Position numbers and translations under genes: made by a program. The notes under the pieces are model-generated. The model ran no database searches, was not told where the DNA came from, and saw only the letters and a program-made list of their open reading frames with translations. Shown here one piece after another: positions 16,212-26,516 of a stretch of DNA of 57,234 bases; position 1 is the first letter of the stretch, and every line of letters begins with the position of its first letter. The stretch is from Actinomycetota bacterium (GTDB taxonomy: Bacteria > Actinomycetota > Actinomycetes > Mycobacteriales > Jatrophihabitantaceae), in the NCBI GenBank assembly GCA_046734315.1, contig JBKPQY010000036.1, positions 1 through 57,234 on the forward strand, given 5' to 3'.

Positions 16212-17204
16212 ATGAGCAAATTTGCAGCCATGAAGCCGCGGTTGCCTCGACTGACCAGACCGCTGTTCGTGCTGGGCATGATCTTCGCCGGCGTCGTCGC
16301 GGCCGGTTCGACGGCTTCGGCGGCCCCGGTCACGATCAACCTGTGCGCCGAGCCGGGCACTGCCACGCTCACCGGCGCCGTCACGGCGCCGATCTGGGGC
16401 TTCGCCGTTGCGGCGACGCCCGGCGCCTGCGGGGCGACGACGGCCAGCCTGCCCGGGCCGCAGTTGGTGGTGAACGAAGGCGACACGGTGACGGTCAACA
16501 TCAGCAATGGGTTGCCCGCCGGACACACGCTGACGTTCGAGATCCCTGGCATCACCCTCGACGCGGGTCCGACCGACGTCCCCGCCGGCACATCCGGAAT
16601 TGTGTCGTTCACCGCCAGCGCGCCTGGCACGTACCTCTACCAGGCCGGCGGCGGCGAGGGGCGGCAGGCGGCAATGGGACTGGCCGGTGCGCTGCTCGTC
16701 CGCTCCGCGACCCCGGGCCAGGCTTACGACAGCGCAACGACGGCCTACGACGCGGAGGCCACCGTGGTGCTCGGAGCGGTGGACCCGAACTTCAACGCGG
16801 CACCCGACACCTTCGAGATGTACAACTACACCGCAACGTATTGGCTGATCAACGGCAAGGCCTACCCCGACACCGCGGGGATCACCGCGGCAGCAGCGCA
16901 GCGGCTGCTACTCCGTTACGTCAATGCGGGCTTCGACAACACGTCGATGGCACTGCTCGGCATGCACGAGCACGTGGTCGCCCGGGACGCCCACCTGCTG
17001 AACAACCCGTTCGACGCGGCTGCCGAGACGATCCCAGCCGGTGCCACTGAAGACGCCATCGCGACGATACCGGCGGGTGCGGCTCCCAGCCCGCACGGAT
17101 TCCCCCTGTTCAACAGGCAACTTCACCTCACGAACGGGGACCAGACAGGCACCGGGCCGACGCCGGCCACCGGTGGCGGGATGTTGACCTTCATCCATCC
17201 GTAG
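16212..17204 (+). CDS. multicopper-oxidase-like protein C: two cupredoxin-like domains with all copper ligands lost (probable pseudo-enzyme subunit)
   Basis: RBS AAGGAG (16196-16201) then ATG 16212. Signal peptide ...GSTASAAP. It aligns to protein B (VNAGFDNTSMALLGMHEHV vs VNAGVDNHPFHPHGNHT; PGTYLYQAGG vs PGTYLYESGS; GGGMLTF vs FGGMGTL) but lacks the HxH and HCH motifs. Confidence 0.7.
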   Translation: MSKFAAMKPRLPRLTRPLFVLGMIFAGVVAAGSTASAAPVTINLCAEPGTATLTGAVTAPIWGFAVAATPGACGATTASLPGPQLVVNEGDTVTVNISNGLPAGHTLTFEIPGITLDAGPTDVPAGTSGIVSFTASAPGTYLYQAGGGEGRQAAMGLAGALLVRSATPGQAYDSATTAYDAEATVVLGAVDPNFNAAPDTFEMYNYTATYWLINGKAYPDTAGITAAAAQRLLLRYVNAGFDNTSMALLGMHEHVVARDAHLLNNPFDAAAETIPAGATEDAIATIPAGAAPSPHGFPLFNRQLHLTNGDQTGTGPTPATGGGMLTFIHP

Positions 17205-17212
17205 GGGGCGCC

Positions 17213-17755
17213 ATGAGCGGACGAGCAACCCTTGAGCCCGCGCCGGCGGTCCCCCCACCGCCGCGCGCGGGGTACCTCACCTCGCGCCGGATTCGGCTGC
17301 TCGGCGCCATCACGGGCGTTGTCGTCGCAGGGCTGATCACGTCGCTCGTGCTCTGGCTGACCCGCGACAAGCCGCCGGACCGTGCCGAGCTGAAGGTACC
17401 CGCATCGTGGGCCCGTCCCGTGGTCAGCGCGGCGGGCCTCGCCGACCGCAGCGGAGTGAAGATCACCCAGGTCGCGGTCACCGGGGACGGAGGACTCGTC
17501 GACCTTCGCTTCCAGGTGATCGACCCGGACAAGGCGAACGCATTGCATGACGCCGCAGCACCGCCGGCGGTCGTGGACGAGCGCACCGGGCTGGTCGTGC
17601 ACGACCTGCTCATGAGCCACTCGCACAGCGGCGCGTTCAAGCCCGGGGTCACGTATTACTACGTGTTCAACAACCCGGGCAACATCGTGAACCGCGGCGC
17701 GCGGGTCGTCGTGCTCCTCGGCAACGCGCAAGTCGAGCACGTGAAGGTGCGATGA
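17213..17755 (+). CDS. small N-terminally membrane-anchored protein of unknown function with a MSHSHSG His/Met patch
   Basis: RBS AGGGGG. One TM helix (LLGAITGVVVAGLITSLVLWL), then a ~130-aa beta-rich ectodomain. It sits 8 nt after gene C and shares an ATGA overlap with the protease gene. Confidence 0.6.
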   Translation: MSGRATLEPAPAVPPPPRAGYLTSRRIRLLGAITGVVVAGLITSLVLWLTRDKPPDRAELKVPASWARPVVSAAGLADRSGVKITQVAVTGDGGLVDLRFQVIDPDKANALHDAAAPPAVVDERTGLVVHDLLMSHSHSGAFKPGVTYYYVFNNPGNIVNRGARVVVLLGNAQVEHVKVR

Positions 17756-19950
17756 AGCGTCTCGCGCTGGTGCTGGCACTCTTGGGTGCCGGCCTCGTAG
17801 CGCCGGTCGCGGCGTCGGCCCGGCCGGCGTTTGTCGACGTCGTCGTGGTGCTCAAGTCGCAGGCGAACGTGGCCGCCGTGCAAGCGCCGACGCGTGCGGC
17901 CCGACTGGCTGGCGTCGAGCGGGCGCTGCGCGATCACGCGGCCCGGACCCAACAGGGCGTGCTTGACCTTCTCGCGCAACGCCCGGGCTCCGTCGCCGCC
18001 GTCACCCCGCTGTGGATCGTGAACGCCGTCGAGGTCAAGGCGACGCCGCACGTCATTCGCGAGGTGGCCGCCCGGCCCGAGGTGGCCGCTGTGCAACCCA
18101 ACGCCACGATCCAGGCTCCGGCGGCCGTGACGAGCAGCGCGGCCGAGCCGAACCTCGCGAAGGTGAACGCCCCGGCCATGTGGGACCTGGGCTACCGCGG
18201 TCAGGGCATCGTGGTCGCGAGCATGGACACCGGCGTGGACGCGAGCCATCCGGACCTGGCTGCGAGCTGGCGAGGCGGCACGAACAGCTGGTACGACCCG
18301 AACGGCCAGCACGCGACGCCCACCGACGTCAACGGGCACGGCACCCAGACGATGGGCGTAATGGTGGGTGGGTCCGCGGGCGGCACCTCGATCGGCATGG
18401 CGCCGGACGCGAAGTGGATCGCCGTCAAGATGTTCAACGACCGCGGCCAGGCGACGACGACCGGCATCCACCAGGGATTCCAGTGGCTGCTCGATCCCGA
18501 CGGCGACCCGTCGACGCCGGACGCGCCGAACGTCGTCAACGACTCGTGGACGATGTCGAGCGCCAGCTGCGCCCTCGACTTCCAGCTCGACCTGCGCAGC
18601 CTGCGCGCCGCGGGCATCCTGCCCGTGTTCGCGGCCGGCAACTACGGGCCGACACCGGGCACAGTGCTGAGCCCGGCCAATCTCCCCGAGGCGTTCGCCG
18701 TCGGTGGCACCGACAACGCCGACGCGATCTACCCGTACAGCAGCCGGGGACCGTCGTCGTGCGCCGGCGCGACCGCTCCTGCGCTCACCGCGCCGGCCGT
18801 CGACCTCCGCACCAGCGACCTCTACGGCGGGTACGTGACCGAGACGGGAACCTCGATGGCCGCACCGCACGTGTCGGGCGCGCTTGCTCTTCTGCTCGGC
18901 GCGGTGCCCCGTCTTTCGGCCGACCAGCAGGCGGCGGCGCTGGAGGGCAGTGCCGTCGATCTGGGCGCGGCCGGCGTCGACGCCGACTTCGGCTACGGGC
19001 GGCTGGACGTGCTCGCGGCGTACCAGCGACTCGCGACCGCGCCCGACTACACGGTCGGCGTCGCCCCGTCGTCCGCGACCGTCGCCGCCGGCGGCACCGC
19101 GTCGTACACCGTCACGGTGACCGGCGTGAACGGCTTCGCCGGCGACGTCAGCCTGTCGGTGGGCGGGCTGCCGGACTCGGTCGGCGCGGCGGCGTTCAGC
19201 CCGGCTGTAGTTTCCGGTGCGGGAACGTCGACCCTCACGATCACGACCGCCGCGAGCGCGCCGCCCGGCAGCTATCCGCTGACGATCACCGGCACCAGCG
19301 GCTCGACGACGCACACAGCGACGGCCACGCTCGTCGTGCCGGCACCACCGGACTTCGCACTGTCCGCGGCACCGTCGGCGCAGACCATCAACGCCGGCAC
19401 CGTCGCGACGTACACCGTGTCGGTCGGGTCGTTGAACGGCTTCACCGGCGACGTCGCGCTGTCGCTCGGCGGACTGTCAGCGTCGGTCGGCACGGCCACG
19501 TTCACCCCGGCCACGGTAACGACTGCGGGCACGTCGCAGCTGAGGATCACGACCGCCACCACGGCACCCGGCGGCACCTATCAGCTCACCGTGGCGGGCA
19601 CCAGCGGCTCGATCACCCACACGGTGCCGTTGAGCCTCAGCGTGCGAGCCCGCGACTTCACCCTGTCGGCCGGCCCGTCGTCGATAACGGTCACCCGTGG
19701 TCAGACCGCATCCTACAGTGTGGCTGTAGGGTCGGTGGGCGGCTTCACCGGCAACGTGACGTTGACCGTGAGCGGCGTGCCGAGCGGCTCGATCGTGTCG
19801 TGGTCGGCCAATCCGCTCGCAGCGCCCGGCAGCTCGACGCTGCGCATCCGCACCACCGGCTCGACGCTGCGCGGGACGTTCACCGTCAAGGTGACCGGTA
19901 AGAGCGGCACATTGGTGCACCAGTCGACGGTGACGCTGATCGTGCGTTAG
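17752..19950 (+). CDS. secreted S8 (subtilisin-family) serine peptidase with an I9-like propeptide and three C-terminal ~100-aa Ig-like repeats
   Basis: Signal peptide. Catalytic triad contexts VASMDTGVD (D159), NGHGTQT (H196), GTSMAAPHVSG (S368). Three tandem repeats begin DYTVGV (aa 432), DFALSA (aa 534) and DFTLSA (aa 635). Confidence 0.85.
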   Translation: MKRLALVLALLGAGLVAPVAASARPAFVDVVVVLKSQANVAAVQAPTRAARLAGVERALRDHAARTQQGVLDLLAQRPGSVAAVTPLWIVNAVEVKATPHVIREVAARPEVAAVQPNATIQAPAAVTSSAAEPNLAKVNAPAMWDLGYRGQGIVVASMDTGVDASHPDLAASWRGGTNSWYDPNGQHATPTDVNGHGTQTMGVMVGGSAGGTSIGMAPDAKWIAVKMFNDRGQATTTGIHQGFQWLLDPDGDPSTPDAPNVVNDSWTMSSASCALDFQLDLRSLRAAGILPVFAAGNYGPTPGTVLSPANLPEAFAVGGTDNADAIYPYSSRGPSSCAGATAPALTAPAVDLRTSDLYGGYVTETGTSMAAPHVSGALALLLGAVPRLSADQQAAALEGSAVDLGAAGVDADFGYGRLDVLAAYQRLATAPDYTVGVAPSSATVAAGGTASYTVTVTGVNGFAGDVSLSVGGLPDSVGAAAFSPAVVSGAGTSTLTITTAASAPPGSYPLTITGTSGSTTHTATATLVVPAPPDFALSAAPSAQTINAGTVATYTVSVGSLNGFTGDVALSLGGLSASVGTATFTPATVTTAGTSQLRITTATTAPGGTYQLTVAGTSGSITHTVPLSLSVRARDFTLSAGPSSITVTRGQTASYSVAVGSVGGFTGNVTLTVSGVPSGSIVSWSANPLAAPGSSTLRIRTTGSTLRGTFTVKVTGKSGTLVHQSTVTLIVR

Positions 19951-19967
19951 CCGAGCGACTATTCGGA

Positions 19968-20930
19968 TCAGCGCACGCTGCCGCCCGGCTTGAGCCGCCC
20001 GGGTGGCATCGGGGGAGCGGCCAGCGGGTCGCCTGCCCCGGCGACGGCGCCGAATCGCGTGCCGGTCATCCACTGCTCGCGCGCCGCGGCGACCTCGTCG
20101 CCGGAGCGGGCGACGAAGTTCCACCACATCACGATCTGCTCGGCGAACGGCTCGCCACCGAGCAGCAGCGCACGTGCGCCGGTCGGCGTGGAAAGCCGCA
20201 GGTCACGCCGGGCCGCGCCCAGATAGAGCATCGCACCGGGCGTGAGCGGCACGCCGTCCACGTCGACCTGACCTGACGCGACCAGCACGGCGTGCTCGAA
20301 GTCGGGCTCGAGCGGCAACAACGCCTCGGCTCCCGGGTCGAGGCCGATGTCGGCGCCGACGATCGGCGAGTACGCCTGCCCGGGCGAGGTGGCGCCGGCC
20401 AGCTCGCCCATGATCACCGTCGCGGACAAGCCCGTAGCGGTGAGCCGCGGCAGTGTCGCGTGGTGCGCCCACGCCGGGGCGACGTCGCGGGCGGAGTCGG
20501 GCAGCGCCACCCACAGCTGGACGCCGTGTAGCAGCGCGGGATGCGGCACGGGCGACTGCTCAGCGTGCGCGATGCCGTGCCCGGACGTCATGAGCCCGAG
20601 CTCCCCGGGACGGATCAGCCGGTCGCTGCCGAGGCTGTCGCGGTGGTGCACCTCGCCGGTGAGCAGCCAGCTCACCGTCTGCAAGCCCATGTGCGGATGC
20701 GGCGGCACCTGCATCCCCGGCCCGTTGGCGATGTCGTCCGGACCGTAGTGGTCGACGAAGCACCATGGACCGACCAGCCGGCGCCCGAGATTAGGTAGCA
20801 GCCGGCGTACCTGCGTGCTTTCACCGAGCAGCACCTCGCGGCCGGCGAACACCTCATGCACCGGTGCCGCCGCGACGCCCGCCCGGCCGCCGCAGACGCT
20901 CAGATCCGGCGTGCGGTCGAGATTGCTCAC
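19968..20930 (-). CDS. pirin-family (bicupin) protein
   Basis: HPHMGLQTVSWLLTGEVHHRDSLGS cupin metal motif. GTGA start/stop overlap with the upstream B3/4 gene. Confidence 0.8.
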   Translation of the reverse strand: MSNLDRTPDLSVCGGRAGVAAAPVHEVFAGREVLLGESTQVRRLLPNLGRRLVGPWCFVDHYGPDDIANGPGMQVPPHPHMGLQTVSWLLTGEVHHRDSLGSDRLIRPGELGLMTSGHGIAHAEQSPVPHPALLHGVQLWVALPDSARDVAPAWAHHATLPRLTATGLSATVIMGELAGATSPGQAYSPIVGADIGLDPGAEALLPLEPDFEHAVLVASGQVDVDGVPLTPGAMLYLGAARRDLRLSTPTGARALLLGGEPFAEQIVMWWNFVARSGDEVAAAREQWMTGTRFGAVAGAGDPLAAPPMPPGRLKPGGSVR

Positions 20931-21595
20931 CCTGCCAACCCTAGAACCGTGACGGCCTTCGCGCGCGGGGCGAGCAGGGCCGCCAGATCGCCGGCCGCGG
21001 CGTCCACCGTGGCGCCGTGCGCATCGTCGACAGCCTCCAGCACGGCGAGTACGCGCCGCGAGTCAGCGGTGACCTTTGTCCGATCGGCGTCGCGGTGGTT
21101 CCAGTGGCGGGTCAGCACCCCCACGGCGTCTGCGTAGACCACCTCGCCCTGGTGCGGTTCCTCGACGGTGTCCGGCTCGCCGAGCGGCGTAAACACATCG
21201 CCGGACCGGGCGAAGCGCACCACGATCTGGCCGTCGACACGGTCGAGGTCGAACGCGCCCGCCGGGACGCCGTGCGTGACCGAGACCAGATTGTACGAGT
21301 CGACGAACGGGCTGATGCGCGGCAACCGTCCGGAGCGGCCGAGCCGCCGGGTCAGGGCGTCGACGCTGGGCCGCTGCCGGCGCGGGTTCGTCCCGAAGCG
21401 GCGGTACGCGGTATGCCAGCTGGCGATGCGCGGATCGTCGGCGCCGATAGGCGTCCCGGTCCGCTCGATCGTGGCGATGCGATCGTCGACATCTGGCCAG
21501 CGGCCCCGGTTGTTCAGGCCCTCGACATGGACGCCGACGATGAAAAGCCCGGGGAACGCGGCTCGTACGTCGTCTGCGACGGCGAGGAGGCCCAC
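20927..21595 (-). CDS. B3/4 (tRNA-binding-like) domain protein
   Basis: PSVDALTRRLGRSGRLPRISPFVDSYNLVSVTHGVPAGAFDLDRV, typical of stand-alone PheT B3/4-domain proteins. Confidence 0.65.
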   Translation of the reverse strand: MGLLAVADDVRAAFPGLFIVGVHVEGLNNRGRWPDVDDRIATIERTGTPIGADDPRIASWHTAYRRFGTNPRRQRPSVDALTRRLGRSGRLPRISPFVDSYNLVSVTHGVPAGAFDLDRVDGQIVVRFARSGDVFTPLGEPDTVEEPHQGEVVYADAVGVLTRHWNHRDADRTKVTADSRRVLAVLEAVDDAHGATVDAAAGDLAALLAPRAKAVTVLGLAG

Positions 21596-21603
21596 CCGGT
21601 TAG

Positions 21604-23954
<2,351 letters not shown>

Positions 23955-24040
23955 CCCCTTTTCACCGATCCGGTGGGCGATCTGCCATGCTTGCCGCCGA
24001 TTGCCGCTCTGCACTGTCGCTGGGCCGAAACGAGGGTCGC

Positions 24041-24565
24041 ATGACGCGCGCCGGACGCCGCCTGGTCGTCCTCTGTGCAGTTCCTGCCGTCGTCGCGGCG
24101 CTGTCTTCGTGCAAGGTGCTGCAGCGTGCGAACTCAACGTCGCGGGCCTTGACGACCGCGGTCGCGAACGCCGACGTCCCGGGACCGACCAGCACCGCCT
24201 CGTGCCCGTTCGCCACGCGTGAGGTGGCTCGCGCGCTGGGCGGGCGGTGGACGGTGTCGAGCCTGCCGAGTGGCGGCTGCACCTACGCCAGCGGCGCCCG
24301 CACCGTGCTGGTCAGCACCGTGCCGCTGCCCAAGAACGCCGCAGGCCGGAGCGCTGCGCTCGCGCGCATGCGCGGATCCTGTGCTGCGGGCTCGCTGAAG
24401 ACGATCACCGCGCAGGCGTTCGCGTGCCGGCAGGACAGCCTCGTCGAGGCGGTGGCCGTCGCCGGGAATCATCTGGTCGTGCTGTGCACCGCGGCCGGCC
24501 AGGACGCGGCACAGCTACCGGCCCTGCGCGACCAGCTGGCGGCCCTGCTAGGGCATGCCCCGTAA
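24041..24565 (+). CDS. putative lipoprotein, unknown function
   Basis: MTRAGRRLVVLCAVPAVVAALSSC, a lipobox-like LSSC after a hydrophobic signal. I recognise no other motif. Confidence 0.5.
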   Translation: MTRAGRRLVVLCAVPAVVAALSSCKVLQRANSTSRALTTAVANADVPGPTSTASCPFATREVARALGGRWTVSSLPSGGCTYASGARTVLVSTVPLPKNAAGRSAALARMRGSCAAGSLKTITAQAFACRQDSLVEAVAVAGNHLVVLCTAAGQDAAQLPALRDQLAALLGHAP

Positions 24566-24584
24566 TTCCTGCTCGCGACACGCC

Positions 24585-25616
24585 CTAACCCGCGAGGTGC
24601 GCGGCTGACGTCCTGCCGAGCAGCGCCGGGATCGTCGCCACTGCCTCGGCGAGCTCGTCCAGGAGCTCGCCGACGAGCGCCTGAGCCCCGTCGCACAGCG
24701 CAGTCTCGGGACTCGGGTGCACGTCGACCATCACCCCGTCGGCGCCGGCGGCCATGCCGGCCCGGGCAAGCGGTACCACCAGGTCGCGCCGGCCCGCCGC
24801 GTGTGACGGGTCGACGATGACCGGCAGGTGCGAGAGCCGCTGCACCAGCGGCACCGCCGACACGTCCAGCATGTTGCGGATGGTCGGCTCGAAGCCGCGC
24901 ACGCCGCGCTCGCACAGCACGACGTCGAGGTTGCCGCGCTGCGCGATGTACTCCGCCGCCATCAGCCACTCCTCGTACGTCGCGGTCAGGCCGCGCTTGA
25001 GCATCACAGGCCTGCCGGCGGCGCCCACCGCTTGCAGCAGCCCGAAGTTCTGCATGTTCCGGGTGCCGATCTGAAGCATGTCCGCGTGCTCGGCGACAAC
25101 GTCGACATCGGCGACCTCGGTGACCTCCGTGACGACCGGCAGGCCCACCTCGTCGCGCGCCGCGGCGAGGATGGCGAGGCCAGCCTCGCCCAGCCCCTGG
25201 AAGGCGTACGGCGAGGTGCGCGGCTTGTACGCCCCGCCCCGCAGCAGCGTCGCCCCTGCCTTCTTGGCCATCCGGGCTGCCGCCAGGGTCTGCTCGGCCG
25301 TTTCGACGGCGCACGGCCCGGCGATCAGCGTGAACGTATCCGGCCCGATCGGCACGCCGCCCACCCGCACGGTCGTGCGCCGCGGGTGGTTCTGTGCAGA
25401 CACCAGCTTGTACGGCGCGGTGATCCGCATCGTCTCGGTCACACCGGATAGGCCACTGACATCCAGCGTCTCGAGCACGTCCTCGGTGCCGACGACGCCG
25501 ATGATCGTCCGGGTGACGCCCCGGCTGACGAACGCCTTGCCGCCGTGCGCCTCGATATGCGCCGTCACGGTACTGATGTCCGCCTCGCTGGCACCCGGCG
25601 CCATCACGATGACCAT
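24585..25616 (-). CDS. class I-beta DAHP synthase with an N-terminal ferredoxin-like/ACT regulatory domain (Thermotoga/Bacillus AroF type)
   Basis: MVIVMAPGASEADISTV... followed by IAGPCAVE, LRGGAYKPRTSPYAFQGLG, LKRG, DPSHAAGRR. It appears collinear with Thermotoga maritima DAHPS as I remember it. The ORF is open to 25646. Confidence 0.8.
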   Translation of the reverse strand: MVIVMAPGASEADISTVTAHIEAHGGKAFVSRGVTRTIIGVVGTEDVLETLDVSGLSGVTETMRITAPYKLVSAQNHPRRTTVRVGGVPIGPDTFTLIAGPCAVETAEQTLAAARMAKKAGATLLRGGAYKPRTSPYAFQGLGEAGLAILAAARDEVGLPVVTEVTEVADVDVVAEHADMLQIGTRNMQNFGLLQAVGAAGRPVMLKRGLTATYEEWLMAAEYIAQRGNLDVVLCERGVRGFEPTIRNMLDVSAVPLVQRLSHLPVIVDPSHAAGRRDLVVPLARAGMAAGADGVMVDVHPSPETALCDGAQALVGELLDELAEAVATIPALLGRTSAAHLAG

Positions 25617-25688
25617 GGCCCGGAGGGTACCCGGCAGCTGCTGCATGCCGGCCCGGCCGTGGCCGTCCCAAGATCTGCATGCATCAGG

Positions 25689-26476
25689 TCAAAGCAGCAG
25701 CGCCCGGCGCAACTGCGCAGCAACGAGTGCCGGCTCTTCACGTACGACCACGCTCGGATAGCGCAGCACGACCACGTCGCTAAGCGACAGCTCGTTCTGT
25801 CGAAGCTGGTCCGCCCACCAGCGCGACACCGCGAGGTGGAGAGCGCCGTCGACCTCCACGGCGACGAGTCGACCATCGCAGCGCCGCCAGGTCGCGTCGA
25901 TGTAGCGCCGGTGCCCGTGCCGGTCATGGCGGACCGTCTGTTGGCGCGGCGCGGGCAGCGCGAACCGGCGGCACAGCCGCACGAAGTCGATCTCGCTGAG
26001 TGCCTGCGCACCCTGCGCGATGTCCTCGACCGCCGCGAGGGGTGAGCGGTGCTGCCTGGCGGTGGGCAGCCGCGGCGCAGGCGCGTCCCGTTCGGTACCA
26101 GCAGATCGACCGCCTTGCGTTCCCAGCCGCGCGGGCCGTACGCCTCGGCAGCTGTGAACGCTGTCAGCACCGCGCGCGGGCCGCCGTGGACTCGAGCGAC
26201 GACCCACCGCTGATGCGGTGAGAGCGGCCCATTGTGCAACACGATCGCGAGACCGATCCGTTGCCAGCGCCGGGATGCCAGCTGCGCGCGGATGCGTCCA
26301 GGGCTGGAGCCTTGGCGCAGCGGGCCGGACCACGTCGTAACAAGCCGGGCATCGTCGACGGCGAGCACTGACTCATCGTGACGACTCCGCGAACGCCGTG
26401 TGACCCAAGATCCGCACTTGTGGATACTCACTCGAACCGCATGCGAATCACGAGGTCCGGTCCACACCATCTGCAT
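25689..26476 (-). pseudogene. decayed DUF559 / very-short-patch-repair-endonuclease-like gene (frameshift plus internal deletion)
   Basis: The C-terminal half, in the frame ending at 25689, reads GAQALSEIDFVRLCRRFALPAP...YIDATWRRCDGRLVAVEVDGALH...ELSLSDVVVLRY (DUF559). The typical N-terminal half (RIRAQLASRRWQRIGLAIVLHNGPLSPHQRWVVARVHGGPRAVLTAFTAAEAYG) is in another frame (ORF 25604-26476). The segment normally between them is missing. Boundaries are approximate. Confidence 0.5.
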
Positions 26477-26516
26477 GCAGCGCCACGGCCACGGCCAGGG
26501 CCCAGAACCCCGCGTC

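Noticed and set aside
3589-19950. Copper locus as a classical mobile genomic island
   Set aside because: I found no integrase, transposase, tRNA gene, or flanking direct or inverted repeats. The pfkA and kinase stops even overlap. It is treated as an accessory insertion by synteny only, not as a mobile element.
19951-19967. Terminator between the convergent protease and pirin genes
   Set aside because: The gap is 17 nt and offers only a 4-bp potential stem, so there is no credible structure.
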